This document shows positions 36,992 through 49,677 of a DNA stretch of 64,000 nt, one piece after another (the first letter of the stretch is position 1; every line of letters starts with the position of its first letter). Under the pieces are notes generated by a model, which did no database searches, was not told where the DNA came from, and saw nothing but the letters and a program-made list of their open reading frames with translations. The translations under genes were made by a program, and so were the position numbers. The stretch is taken from assembly GCF_000372725.1 (NCBI RefSeq), contig NW_005201287.1:202986-266985 (forward strand). The letters are read 5' to 3'. Source of the DNA: Emiliania huxleyi CCMP1516 (Eukaryota).

Positions 36992-39900
36992 TCACACGTA
37001 TCCGTAAACGTAGAACTTGCACACCGTCAGCCCCGTCGCAGACGGCCGGTTGAGGTAGATGTAGCGCCCCAACGCGTTGATCTCCACCTCCAACATCACG
37101 TTCGATGACACGCTCACGTCCGACTTCACCAGCGCGTTGCCCGTGTACGTCTCTGCCGTCGTGCCGAGATAGATGTCAATGCCGGTCAGACGCTGTGGGC
37201 AGCAGTCGTTGCGGTTCTGAAGCCGCACGTAGCGCACATACACCTCGCTCCCGAGGTTGACGCCCCACCATTGGCTTGTGTAGTGGCCGCACTCGGCCCA
37301 CGGTCGTCCCGTCGTGCTGTCGGCGTATGACAGGTCGCTCACGGGCGCCTGCTTGTCGTAGATGCTCGAGTCCTGGTAAGTGGTGGCGGCGCTGAGGTCG
37401 AGCAGCTGCACCTCAGGCGGCGGCGGCGGCGGCGGCGACGATGACGGTGCAGGCGGCGGTGGCGGCGGCGACGGCGGCCCAGGCGGTGCGGCTGAGGCGA
37501 AGACGTAGAACTTGCACACCGTCAGCCCCGCCGCAGACGGCCGGTTGAGGTAGATGTAGCGCCCCAACGCGTTGATCTCCACCTCCAACATCACGTTCGA
37601 TGACACGCTCACGTCCGACTTCACCAGCGCGTTGCCCGTGTACGTCTCCGCCGTCGAGCCGAGATAGATGTCGACGTCCGTCAGCCGCTCCGCGCAGCAG
37701 TCGTTGCGGTTCTGCAGCCGCACGTAGCGCACATACACCTCGCTCCCGAGGTCGACGCCCCACGTGTGGCTTGTGTATTGGCCGCACTCGGCCCACGGCC
37801 GTCCCGTCGTGCTGTCGGCGTATGACAGGTCGCTCACGGGCGCCTGCTTGTCGTAGATGCTCAAGTCCTGGTAAGTGGTGGCGGCGCTGAGGTCGAGCAG
37901 CTGCACCTCAGGCGGCGGCGGCGGCGGCGGCGACGGTGACGGTGCAGGCGGCGGTGGCGGCGGCGACGGCGGCCCAGGCGGTGCGGCTGAGGCGAAGACG
38001 TAGAACTTGCACACCGTCAGCCCCGCCGCAGACGGCCGGTTGAGGTAGATGTAGCGCCCCAACGCGTTGATCTCCACCTCCAACATCACGTTCGACGACA
38101 CGCTCACGTCTGACTTCACCAGCGCGTTGCCCGTGTACGTCTCCGCCGTCGAGCCGAGATAGATGTCGACGTCCGTCAGCCGCTCCGCGCAGCAGTCGTT
38201 GCGGTTCTGCAGCCGCACGTAGCGCACATACACCTCGCTCCCGAGGTCGACGCCCCACGTGTGGCTTGTGTATTGGCCGCACTCGGCCCACGGCCGTCCC
38301 GTCGTGCTGTCGGCGAATGACAGGTCGTTCACGGGCGCCTGCTTGTCGTAGATGCTCAAGTCCTGGTAAGTGGTGGCGGCGCGGAGGTCGAGCAGCTGCA
38401 CGTCAGGCGGCGGCGGCGGCGGCGAGGCGGACGGCGGCGGCGGAGAGGGCGAGGCGGACGGCGGCGGCGCAGGCAAGGCGGAGGGAGGCGGCGGCAGAGG
38501 CGGCGGCGGCGACGGCGAGGCGGACGGCGGCGGCGGCGACGGCGAGGCGGACGGCGGCGACTCAGGAGGGTACCCCGGCGGGGCCGCCGGCGGGACCTAC
38601 GGCGGTGGCGAAAGCGCCGGCGGCCGAAGCGGCGGCGGCGACGGNNNNNNNNNNNNNNNNNNNNNNNNNNNNNNNNNNNNNNNNNNNNNNNNNNNNNNNN
38701 NNNNNNNNNNNNNNNNNNNNNNNNNNNNNNNNNNNNNNNNNNNNCGGCTGTGCACTGCCACCGTGCCGCGGGTTTTCACATCGTCCGCTGGCATGGGCGG
38801 CGGCCGGGAGGACGGCGGCGGGGACGGCGGCAGAGGCGGAGAGCTCGGTGGGGCCAGCTGGCCAGGAGAGTGAGGTGACGGCGGCGGCGGCGAGGGCGAG
38901 GCGGACGGAGGCGGCGGCGACGGCGACGCCGACGGCGGCGGTGGCGACGGTGACGCCGACGGCGGCGGTGGCGTGGGCGGCGGTGGAGATGGTGGCGGCG
39001 GAGATGGCGGGCTCGGTGGGGCCAACGGAGAGAGCCTTGTGCAGAGGTTCTTCTCCTCAAACTCGGCAATGATGTCTTGGATGGTGCTACCAAATATGCT
39101 GTTACCCGGCGTTGCAATGGCCTCCAGCGTGTCGTTGCTCACCCCTCCGAAGCCAACTGCGAAAAGGACCAGGTCTGGGTCTTGCTCCTTGATCAGCTGC
39201 GCCTGCCGTATCGCCTCGGGCTTTTGATAAGGTCCGATGTCGTTTCCGCAAAGACTCCCGGCCTTGTAATCGCCGAGCGGGCTGTTGTTAAAGTCCCAGT
39301 TCTCGTAACAGGAGTCGTCGTTTGCGACACAACCTGGGTTGCGGCTGCAGGTCTGCTCTCCATCGGTCAGGAGTAGCATGACCTTCGTGACACCTGAGCG
39401 GCCAGTAGCGAGCAGCTGCTCTCCCATGAGGAGCCCGTTGGAGATGAAGGTCCATCCATACGGGGGACCGCCGTTTTTGTAAACCTCAATGGCAGACGTG
39501 AGGTCGCCAGTGTTGAAGGTGAGGTCGCTGAGCTTGGTCGTGTCGGAGGCAAACTGTACCAGCCCCACGTTAGCGACTGTCTCGGCGAGATCCAAGGAGT
39601 CCACAACTTTCTGCGCAAACGTCGCCACATCACCCCGGCTGTTTGTTATGCTGCCGCTGGCATCAAGAATGATCACCAAGTCGCCGACCAAGCTGCACGG
39701 GAGTGGCGGCGGGAGCGGCGAGGGCGGCGGCGGGGACGGCGGCAGCAGCGGCGGCAGCGACGGTGACGGATGCGATGGCGGGCTCGGCGGGGCCAACGGA
39801 GAGAGCCTTGTGCAGAGGTTCTTCTCCTCAAACTCGGCAATGATGTCTTGGATGGTGCTGCCAAAGATGCCGTCCCCAGGCGTTGCAATGGCCTCCAGCG

Positions 39901-41833
39901 TGTCGTTGCTCACCCCTCCGAAGCCAACTGCGAAAAGGACCAGGTCTGGGTCTTGCTCCTTGATCAGCTGCGCCTGCCGTATCGCCTCGGGCTTTTGATA
40001 AGGTCCGATGTCGTTTCCGCAAAGACTCCCGGCCTTGTAATCGCCGAGCGGGCTGTTGTTAAAGTCCCAGTTCTCGTAACAGGAGTCGTCGTTTGCGACA
40101 CAACCTGGGTTGCGGCTGCAGGTCTGCTCTCCATCGGTCAGGAGTAGCATGACCTTCGTGACACCTGAGCGGCCAGTAGCGAGCAGCTGCTCTCCCATGA
40201 GGAGCCCGTTGGAGATGAAGGTCCATCCATACGGGGGACCGCCGTTTTTGTAAACCTCAATGGCAGACGTGAGGTCGCCAGTGTTGAAGGTGAGGTCGCT
40301 GAGCTTGGTCGTGTCGGAGGCAAACTGTACCAGCCCCACGTTAGCGACTGTCTCGGCGAGATCCAAGGAGTCCACAACGTCCTGTGCAAACGCCGCCACA
40401 TCGTCCCGGCTGTTTGTTATGCTGCCGCTGGCATCAAGAATGATCACCAAGTCGCCGACCAAGCTGCACGGGAGTGGCGGCGACGGCTGCTGCGGTGACG
40501 GCGGTGGCGGCGAGGGTGGCGGAGGCGAGGGCGAGGCCGACGGGGGAGGCGGCGAGGGCGAAGTGGAGGGCGGCGGAGGCAACATCGGCGGTGCCGGCGG
40601 CGGAGGCGAAGGAAGAAAGGGATCATGCGCCGTCTCGCAGTTGAAGCCGTCATTGGTCGTGGTTTCGTAGGCTGCATTGATGCGCGTGAGATCGACGGTG
40701 GTACCGGCACCGAGTCCGCAGGCATGCGTGGTCCAGTTGCAGGCCCCGATCGCGACATCGAGCTGTGCGACGTCAACCTTCAGCACGCCCACGCCGCTGT
40801 TCGCCGCAAAGTAGAGCTGCACGCCGATCTCGTTGACGTACTTAAAGCCGGCGCCGAAAGTGACGAACGGTCCGGGACCCGGGCACCCATTGCAGTCATC
40901 CCATACAAGACGAGTACGAATGAGGGCGTAGCCGTCGATCTCCTCTCCAGCAACTCTCATGACGAACATGGAGGCGTCCCTCTCGCCGAGCCAAACGAGG
41001 TACGTCCGGCCTTCAAGCTCGTACGTGATGAGATCGGCATAGTTTTGCTTCACACCCTCTGCGGCATTGTTTTGCTTGAACGGCTTCCAGTCAATCACAA
41101 TGTCGTTGCTGTCAAACACGTAGAGTAGACTGTATTTGAGATAGTTCTCCGAGATCCCTGTATCGTTCCAACCGAGCTGATGTATGAGATCACCCCTCGT
41201 GAGCCCGAGCGTCTCCAAGTCAGTTGCAAAGTCTGGCGCCCCAAAGTCCGCAATTAATTCCGGATAGCCTTCATAGAGCCACTTTCCCGGGCAAACGTCG
41301 TCGGTGTTGACGGTCAGACTGCTCACGCTCCGGACTGCGAACAGGTCGTGCCCTCCCGAGCTCACAAAGTAGGTGTCGTTGTGGATAGCACCAGCGTAGA
41401 GATAGCCACCATTGTAGTCATCCTTTTTACTGCTTCGCTGTACCCTGCAGAGGCACTGCACCGGCTGCTCCGCCTGGTCGGCGGACAGGCGGCACAGGTT
41501 GTAGTCATCGCTCGGCATGCTTGAATCACGGAAGAGGCCATAGGCGATCGAGTCCTTCTGGTTGTAGGCCATCGCGTTCATGGTCGGCGAGGGAGTCGGT
41601 GCGTTGGGGTTGTACCTGGTGTCACTGAACCTGGAGTCAAAGGTGTAGACGAGGTTGTAATCGCCCGTCTTCAGATCCAACTCCACGAGTTCGTAGTCTT
41701 GCGTAGTCTCGTTCAACACTGTCTGCATTGGATAGGAGCGGTTGGCACAGTCGAACTTGCCAACGTCGGCGGCCGCAGCAGCGGCAGCGGAAGCCAGCAG
41801 GACGGCGTAAACCGCACAGCGTGACGCGGACAT
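36992..41833 (-). CDS. Large secreted protein: signal peptide, N-terminal beta-rich domain, 2 VWA domains, SPPP linkers and 3 F-type-lectin domains; spans the gap and an in-frame TAG at 38597-38599
   Basis: MIDAS motif DASGS..T..LTDG twice (771-bp period); WGVDLG...RNDCCAERL three times (495-bp period). The sequence right of the TAG up to the gap is in frame with the lectin ORF; continuity across the gap is assumed. Confidence 0.8.
38645..38744. other. Assembly gap (100 N)
   Basis: Run of N. Confidence 1.
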
Positions 41834-42087
41834 AGCACGGGTTAAGACTCTGAGAGCGAGGGCAAGCGTCGGGCGTCAGTCGCAGACGATTGGCGAGGAC
41901 GCACGAGAGAGAGAGAGGAGGCAGTCTTGTCGTAGGGCATCTCATCGTGGTAGGCAGAGGATGGTGGGGAGTCGTTGTATGGTACACGGAGGATCGCGAA
42001 CGAACCGGGGAGGCCGACTAAGGCAGTTTTTGGTGAGAAGCTGTCACGCAAGGTCGAAGGTGAGAAGCTGTCGTCTCTTGCGGGTTT

Positions 42088-42754
42088 TCTCGAGGTCTCG
42101 AGGTGGATATCCTTTGGCCGTTGGGTGGCGAGGATTCATACATACATACATAGGATTGGTGTCAGCTTTCTCGACGCACCGTCCTCGACCCCGCCGAAAA
42201 GCTGGCTGGTGGTCGCGCGCGGCGGGTTGCGGGCATGAAATCCGAGACCCCTCCCCACCACCCCGATCCCCCCACCCCCTTGCTCCCCTCCCCCCCTCGG
42301 GAGGGCCGAACTGAGGCGCCCGAGGGGACCCCGCAATTCCCTTCCCCCCTCGGAGGGCCGGACTGAGGCGTCGAGGGCCCCACTCTTTCCTTCGCATAGC
42401 GGCCACTCTTCGGATCGCTGGTCGAGCGACCCGGGGGATGCCCCGCGCGCCTGACCCAGGCGCGGAAACGAATCTGCGAGGCGTGGCCGCTCATGCGGCC
42501 CGATGGGGAGGAGGGGAAGACGTAGGGCGTGCTTGCGCGCCTTTCCGAGGCCCCTCCAACCCACCCGCGCTAGGTCTCGGGTTTGACGCATGGGGTCACT
42601 CCCGCGAAACCCGTGAACTAGCCGGGGCAGTCGGAGAAGTGGCAACTCCGTGCACTGACGGTCGGCCGTCAGAAAACACGCCTCCGTGGCTCGGGTTACA
42701 CCAATCCTCGCTACCCAACGCGGCCAAAGGATATCCACCTCGAGAACCTCGAGA
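42088..42754. mobile_element. MITE-like element with ~48-bp imperfect terminal inverted repeats
   Basis: tctcgaggtctcgaggtggatatcctttggccg..ttgggtggcgaggatt (42088-42136) is the inverse of 42703-42754; no TSD found. Confidence 0.6.
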
Positions 42755-43244
42755 GCGGGCAAGAGAGCCCTAGCCCTTGGGGGTGCGCGGTCGCAGGGCC
42801 ATAACACGGGTCTCCGAGGGTTGGCTCCGTGTACCGGGTTTCCCCTTAACTGCAGAACGCACCCTCTACTCGACCAATGTTGCGAATCGCCCGAAGAAGT
42901 TGCGATGACACGCGTCCGCAGGCAGACGACACGTCCCGCTGCCACTCCGCGGCGCTCGAGCGATCCCGCACACCGCCGTAACTATGGGCAGCGCAGCGGG
43001 CCGCAGGGCGTTCGTTATCGCGCTGCTCTGCGGCCTCGTGGCCCCCGCGCTCAGCCTCGGGCGTAAGCACATTGGCGGCGACTCGGCAAAGGCGCTCGCG
43101 CATGCAAACGCACGCACACATCACCCAATCACTGACTGAGCGCTTGCACATGGGAGTCATACCCGACTCGTCTGGCTGCGGGGACAAGTCACTGCCGCCT
43201 GCCTCACACGAGCGTGTGGGCCTTCGCAGGAGGGTGGCCGGCAG

Positions 43245-44015
43245 ATGCAGATGACGGGCGGGGCGGCGAGTGGCGGGGGCGGCAAGGGCGGCGGCAAGGG
43301 CGGCGGCGGCGGCCCCGCGACGCTGTGCGGCGGCACTGTTGCCTGCTTCGACGCCGACGCCGACCACGTCTTGCTCTACACGCTCGGCAAGACGGCCTCC
43401 ACGTCGCTCGAGTTTGCGCTCGGGCCGTGGGTCGGGATGCGGAGGCTCCCGTGGATCACGACGCAGGCCACTGCCTTCCCGCGCGGCGCCAAGATCCACC
43501 GGCCGCAGGTCGCCAAGGCCTTCGTGAGCCAGCTGCCGCCGACGGGAAAGGTGTGGCTCTTTGTCACAGTACGCAACCCATTTGACCGCGCCATCTCGCA
43601 ATTCTTCGAGGGCTACGCCAAGTTCATGAACGTGACCAACTCGTCCGGGCCTGCCAAGCAGCACGACCACCTCTCCCGCTTCTCCCGCCTGGCACCCTTC
43701 CTCGCCGAAGGTATCGTCGACACGATCCCCAGCGTCATCGGCGCCAACGTCACCATCCCCCCGCTCTCACCCGTGACCAAGGATGCGTGGCTCGTGCACG
43801 GCCGTGTCCGAGTGCTGATCCTGCGGAGCGAGGACGCAAAGCTGTGGCCTAGCATCGTGTATCGCCGCACAGGCCGTTCGCTCGGCGAACTCGGCAAGTA
43901 CAATATCGGGATGAACAAGTGGTACGCGACGCTCTACCACAACTTCAAGGGGCGCTACACCTTCAAGACGAGGGTGGTCGCGCAGGCACCCCTCGAGCAC
44001 GGACCTGCGAGGTGA
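43245..44015 (+). CDS. Sulfotransferase-fold protein of the NKWYS (putative capsular polysaccharide synthesis) family; may be truncated
   Basis: LLYTLGKTASTSL (5'-PSB-like), VTVRNPFDRAISQFFE (3'-PB-like), ILRSED, NIGMNKWYATLYHNFK. Confidence 0.72.
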   Translation: MQMTGGAASGGGGKGGGKGGGGGPATLCGGTVACFDADADHVLLYTLGKTASTSLEFALGPWVGMRRLPWITTQATAFPRGAKIHRPQVAKAFVSQLPPTGKVWLFVTVRNPFDRAISQFFEGYAKFMNVTNSSGPAKQHDHLSRFSRLAPFLAEGIVDTIPSVIGANVTIPPLSPVTKDAWLVHGRVRVLILRSEDAKLWPSIVYRRTGRSLGELGKYNIGMNKWYATLYHNFKGRYTFKTRVVAQAPLEHGPAR

Positions 44016-44754
44016 TGCGAGCGGTGCCACTTACGCTGCCACCGTGAGCGTAGGTTCTCTCGAGCACGGAGCTCACGCGGCTCTACTCGGAGGAAGAGCG
44101 GAGCTGCATGGCTCTGCGCGCGCTGATGCCGCGCGCTGGCGCCGGTCTCGTGTCGTGCCATGACGAGAGCCCCGAGTGCGACGAGACTGGGGTCCCGTCG
44201 CGAGGGTGCGAGACAGTGCTATCTTCACATCAAATACCGTGGATAGGTACGAGGAGTATTGGTTCCCGTCGAGGGGGAGCCGCAGCCCGCAGAGCCGTGG
44301 CTCCACCCCTCCGAGTGGCTCGCTCGCTCCCCCGAGTCGGCGCTTCGCCCCCTCCTTGGGAGCGATGGGCGTGAGCAGCCTTTTCACAGCGCGTGTCGCG
44401 AGTAGGCTCGTGCCCGTGCGGGACCGCAAGGTGTGACTTGGTTGGCACCGCACTCGCGAGGAAGATAGGGGGTCAAGGCGTTCGCTATTTCGGTGGGCGT
44501 CGTCGACGACGACTTTCGAGAGCAACGGCCAACGCTTTGCGCAGCCGTCCGGTCTCCGGAGGCCCGCGAGCCAGAGACGCGGCGCCGTGCCGAGGCCGCG
44601 ATGCGCGAACGGAGATTTTTTGCGGCTCGCTCAGCAGCGCGCTTGGGGCGCGCCCTGGGACCGCTGTTGGCTGAGACAGACTGAGTTGCAACCCGCGATT
44701 ACACGTGCGGGGGGGGGGGGGGCATGTCGCCATGTGCGTCAACCAATTTACGCT

Positions 44755-47707
44755 TAGGGTACCCCCCCTGCACATCTAAAGCCATCCCTGCTGCTAGGGG
44801 GGGGGGGTCTGACCCCCCCAGCAGCAGAGCGCTGCTGCTGGGGGGGGGGGGTCCGGACTAGGGTTGCCTAACGTTAAGAGCTGAACAGTGTTGCTAGTGT
44901 TAACAGTAACAACAGAACAACAGTGGGGGCCCCCAACAACAGTAGCTAACGTTAGGCCGACTGAACAACAGTAAGGAAGGCCTGGCAGTGACCCACGACG
45001 ATCTCTAGTGTCCACACAGTGCGGGTAATACCCGAAAATACCCGGAAAATCCCAGGTATTTTCGGGTTTTACCCGGGTTTTTTGCCATTTTCTGCTTTTG
45101 CTGGCCGCTGAACAACAGTAACAAACAGTAACAAACAGTAACAGCATGGGCTGGGGTGAACACTTGAACAACGTTGAGGATTTCAGCCAACCAGGGTAGG
45201 CTCCGCCTCACTGCATCTCGGACTGGATTCCACGAATTGATTTTCCTAGCGTCGTCAAAGTGAGCTGAAAGCTCGCTCGAAGAGCCGATGTCACCCGCCG
45301 ACCGCCTCCCATCTCGCCGCTGCTCTGGCGGGGCGGCGGCGGGGCCTGGCGACGGCGCGCGGCGCATGTGCCGTGGCAACCCACCGGGCCGGCCGGCCGC
45401 GAAGGCGCCGACCGGCGATCGCCACCGCGCCCCGCCTCGGAACGCCGTTTCCGCTTGGCGTCCGAGGCGCTCGGCGTTCCCGCTGGAGCGCGAGATCGGA
45501 CCGGGTCTGACGCTCCTTTTCTCGCCGTAGGCACGGCTGGCCGGCTGGACCAGCGGAAAAACAAAAATCGAATACGTCAATTCTCTCCGGCCAGCCTCGG
45601 GCTAATTAAAGCCGCAAAAAATCGGAAGGTTCCGCCGCCCCGGATTCCACCTCCCTGGCCCTCCACGCCCCGCGCGCGCGACCGTATCACCGCCGCAGTC
45701 GGCCTCCCCGCCCCGCGCGCTGTAGGAGCGGCGCCCACCCACCGGAGACGCCTTCCCCTAGACCGCCCGACCACCCCACCCCCTTCGGCAGGTGCCTCGC
45801 ACGTATTTCGAGCGCGAGAGGCCTCCTTTGAGGTGGCGGCCGGCCGCCGCTTCTCGCGGTGAGGCGGCATGAGGCCGTCCCCCCTTCGCGTTCGAAGGCG
45901 GGCCGGCCACGGCACCGGCTGTCGCGGCTCGAGGGCGGCAGGCGAGCCGCCCCCCCCTCCTCCCTCCCTCCGCCCCTTGCTCCCTTCCCCGCAGCGCTGC
46001 CCACGGCACCATCTCCTGGTGCCCCGCTGCCGCCCCACCCGCCGCGCCGCCCGCCGCCGATGGCCCGGCCGCCACCGCCACCGTCGGCGGCCGCCTCCCG
46101 CCCACCCGCACCGCCGCCCCGGCCACTGCCATCCGCGCCGCCGCCTCGCCCAACGCCGCCGCCGGCCCACCCTCCCGCCCGTCGCCGCTGCCGCCGCGCC
46201 GCCGCTGCCGCCCTCCGGGCCGCCTCCGGCCCCGCCACCTGCCTCGCCGCCGCCCACGCGACTGGCCTCGCCGCCGCCACCGCCACCGCCCTCCCCACCG
46301 TCCTCCCCTCCGCTCTCACCGCCGCCGACGCGCCGCCACGCCGCCTCGGCCTCCGCCCTCGCCGAGCCGTCGCCACCGCCCTTCTCGCCGCCTCTGCCGC
46401 CCGTGCCGCCTTGGCTGCCGCCTATTCCGTGGCCCTCGCCACCGCCGCCGCCGTCGCCGCCGCCGCCGCCACCGCTACCGCCGCCTCCCGCCCCGCCACC
46501 CCCTCCGACACCGTCACCCCCCCTCCCTCCCACCATCCCGGCCGGCCTCCTCCGTTCTAGCCCCAACTACCACACACCACCACCGACCTCCCCGCGCCCC
46601 CACACGCCGGCCCCGCGCACCCACGCCACTACCATCGCCCACGTCGCCCTCCCGGCCCCCCACCCCGCGCCCCAGGCTCTTCATAGCTCCGCTCGGAGCG
46701 TCCTGGCGCCGCCTCCCCAACCGCTGCGGCCCACGCGGCCGCCGGGCGGCGCGACGGCGGCTACCGGCCGGCATAGCCCTTCCAGCGCCGGCCGGGGGCT
46801 GCGGCGGCGCGCGGCGCGCGGCGGGCAAGCTGCCTGCTGGCGGGCGGCGCTTCTAGTCGTGATTTTAGTGCCGCGTAGGTCGCCCTTCGGCCACTTCTCG
46901 GGCGTGCGGCCGCAGCGCGGCGAGAAGGCGGCACGCTCGGCCCGCTGGCGGAGGTGAAGCCCCCCAGAGCGGGAGCTGGCGGGCCGGGGGCGTCGGGCGG
47001 GTGCGCGGCGGCACCCGTGCCACCGGGACGGGCCGTGGTGGCCCGTATGGCGGCCGTGAAGGGCCGTTTGGTGCGCCCCGGCGGCCTCCTGCACGGCGGC
47101 CGCCGGGGCCGGTTTGGACTGTGTTGGGGGGGGTGGAGTGGTCCGGTGGCCGGTGTGATGGTCGTTTATCACCCTCCTATCACCCACTTACCGCCCCCGG
47201 CCGTGGGGGCCTCTCCAGACGCCGCCATTTATGATTTCAAAGGGTCCTGCCGACGCTCATCACAGTGCGGCGGAGGGGCCGGAGCCGGCGCCGCGGAGGA
47301 CGAGGATGGCCGTGGCGGACCGGGACGAGCTCTGGGAGGTTCAGTGTGAGTGAGTATATTGTAGAGACCACCCATGTGCACAATATCTTGACTGAGAGCT
47401 AATTCTGGGGAGGCGATGCCGGGGCCGTACAGCAGCTTGATGGTGCTGCGCCGGCGTGCGTCCCGCCGGCCGCCGGGGCCGGTTTGGACTGTGTTTGGGG
47501 GGGTGGAGGGGTCCGGTGGCCGGTGTGATGGTCGTTTATGGCCCTCCTATCACCCACTTACCACCCCCGGCCGTGTGGGCCTCACCGGACGCCGCCATTC
47601 ATGATTTCAAAGGGTCCTGCCGTCGCTCAGTCCGAATCACAGTGGGGCGGAGCCTACCCTGACAATAGCGCAACTGTTAGGCCCCAAATTAACGTTAGGC
47701 AACCCTA
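44755..47707. mobile_element. Non-autonomous hAT-like DNA transposon carrying captured sequence
   Basis: 8-bp TSD TTTACGCT at 44747-44754 and 47708-47715; ends TAGGGT...ACCCTA; 19-bp TIR TAGGGTTGCCTAACGTTAA at 44859-44877 and 47689-47707; AACAGTA-like subterminal repeats. Confidence 0.82.
47101..47651. repeat. ~170-bp direct repeats (~47101-47274 and ~47471-47651) flanking a copy of the 19.4-kb dispersed repeat
   Basis: cgccggggccggtttggactgtgtt...atgatttcaaagggtcctgccg occurs twice. Confidence 0.85.
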
Positions 47708-47811
47708 TTTACGCTGCCGCGGTGCGCGGAGAGGGTGAAATGGCAAATCAGAAACAGAATTCGGCTTTAACTACTTTTTCTTGGAGTCATGAATCTTAGT
47801 TAATCGTATGA

Positions 47812-49677
47812 CTAACCTGCTGCGACCCTCGCCAGCGCCATCTTGAGCGGGTGCTTCCCGTCGGGCGACGGGTAGTCTTGCTCGGGTGGCAGCACGGTGA
47901 CGTCTTCAAGCGGCCGGCCCGCCTTCTTGGCGCAACGCTCCAGGCTGTCCACCCACTCGTCCAGCTCGACCGACGCGACATGGTTCACGGCGAGGACCTG
48001 GCCGCTCAGCAGGGCGCGTGTGGGGAGAGGGCCAATCCTGTTCGCAGCGTGGCTCCTGTTCGCGGTCTCTCTTCCCTGCGCTGGGACAGCCGTGCACCGT
48101 GTGAAGCGCGATCAGCGTCAATGTGAGCAGCGTTCCTTCAACGCTCGAACCGCCGCCTGACTGCGCTCTAAGATTGTGCGGCGCCTGACTGCGCTCTAAG
48201 ATTGTGCGGCGCCTGACTGCGCTCTAAGACTGTGCGACGACTGCGCGCACCGTTCCGCCCGGCCGCGTCGCGAGCACACACGGCTTGAAGAGCGACTGGT
48301 AGTCCCTCACCAAGTCGACGGCGCCTGCAGGAAGTCTCCTAGAAAGCTGCTAGAAGGCTCCTCTGGAGGGCTCTTTAGCCCTCCGAATCGACGGCACCTG
48401 CAGCAGTCTTGGTCCACGTCGGCGGGTCGAGCACCTTCTCACAAGAGAGCTCCTAGAAGGCTCCCAGAAGGCCCCCAGAAGGCTGGTCCGCGCGGGCGGA
48501 GGTGGCACCACGACGTCGAACGCGCGCTGCCGCAGCCGCGGGGCGAGGCTGCTCGCGCCGCCTCCGCCTCTCCCGCTGGCCCTGCGATCCCCGCCCCGCC
48601 CGCCGCCGCGCCCTCGCCTAGGGTTGTGTAGACAAGGTCAGGGTGTGAGCACTGCATCGAGTGCCAGCTGGAGTCACGGGTCTGTTTCCAGCATCTAGGA
48701 GCCGTCGCCCGCCGCGCGAGCGCCGGTCTGTGTTGGTCGGCAGACCGGCCAGCTGGCGCAGCGCGGGAAGGGCATCGCCGCACACGCACTCGAACGCGCC
48801 GGCGGGCAAGCCTAGAGGCTCCCGTGGAGGCTGCGAGAGACCCCTTTTTTTGCACTCGAACGCGCCAACAGGCAGGCCATTCAGCCGCGCGTTCTCTCGC
48901 CCGACGTCGAGCGCCGACTGCGAAAAGTCGAGGTTCGTCACCTGCAGGAAGACTCCGAGACGCTTCCTGGAAGGTTCGTGAGGTAGACAGGATCAGTCGA
49001 GGGTCGTCACGTGTCGCGCTCCCCCCGCGAGCGCCGCCACGCCGGCACCGCACCTGTCAATGATCGATCAAGATTCATCGTGAAGAATCAATGGCATCGT
49101 CACGCCGGTGCCCGCACGTGAAGGCGAAAGCGTTGAGCACGTCCCTCCCCTCGCTGTTTGCAGCGAGCCAGCGGCGCGCCGCGCGAAAGTCGAGGTAGAG
49201 GTTCGGGTCGCGGCCGGGCGGAGGCACCTGCAGGGAGGCTCCGAGAAGGCTCCTAGAAGGGTCTCGCAGAGGCCTGGAGATGCGGCCAGGCGGACGCACG
49301 TCGATGCGGTACTTGAGGCCGATCTCGGAACCCACGTGCTCCGCAGCCAGCAGCGGCGCGCCCGGCGGCACGAGCACACCCTCGCGCGACCGCTGCCGCT
49401 TCTGCCGCGCATTCCAGTGCACGGCTCGCAGCGGCACGCCGGTCTCGTCCTCGACGAGGTCGCGCAGCCGCGGCAGCAGCTCCTGCGGGTCCATGTCTGG
49501 CGGATCGCGAAAGGTTTGCCAAAGGAGCAGGTCGCCGAAGCGCTCGAGGGTGCAGCCAGGCTCGCCCTCGGTGGCGCCGTGGAAGAGACGGTAGCAGTCG
49601 GTGCCCTCGGCGTGGAGCGAAGGGAGGAGCGTCTGCGAGCGGCTGGCCAGCGCGGCTCGGACAGAGTCGAGGAGCAT
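47812..49677 (-). CDS. Class I SAM-dependent methyltransferase, RlmI/RlmK-like; 8 introns (start may lie further upstream)
   Basis: YRLFHGATEG, NLYLDFRAARRW, VLNAFAFTCGAGVAAL.GGA, NLDFSQSAL..GRENARLN, FDVVVLDPP, DLVRDYQSL. Confidence 0.88.

Noticed and set aside
48153..48238. 28-bp repeat x3 as a CRISPR array
   Set aside because: Head-to-tail with no spacers, intronic, and no cas genes.
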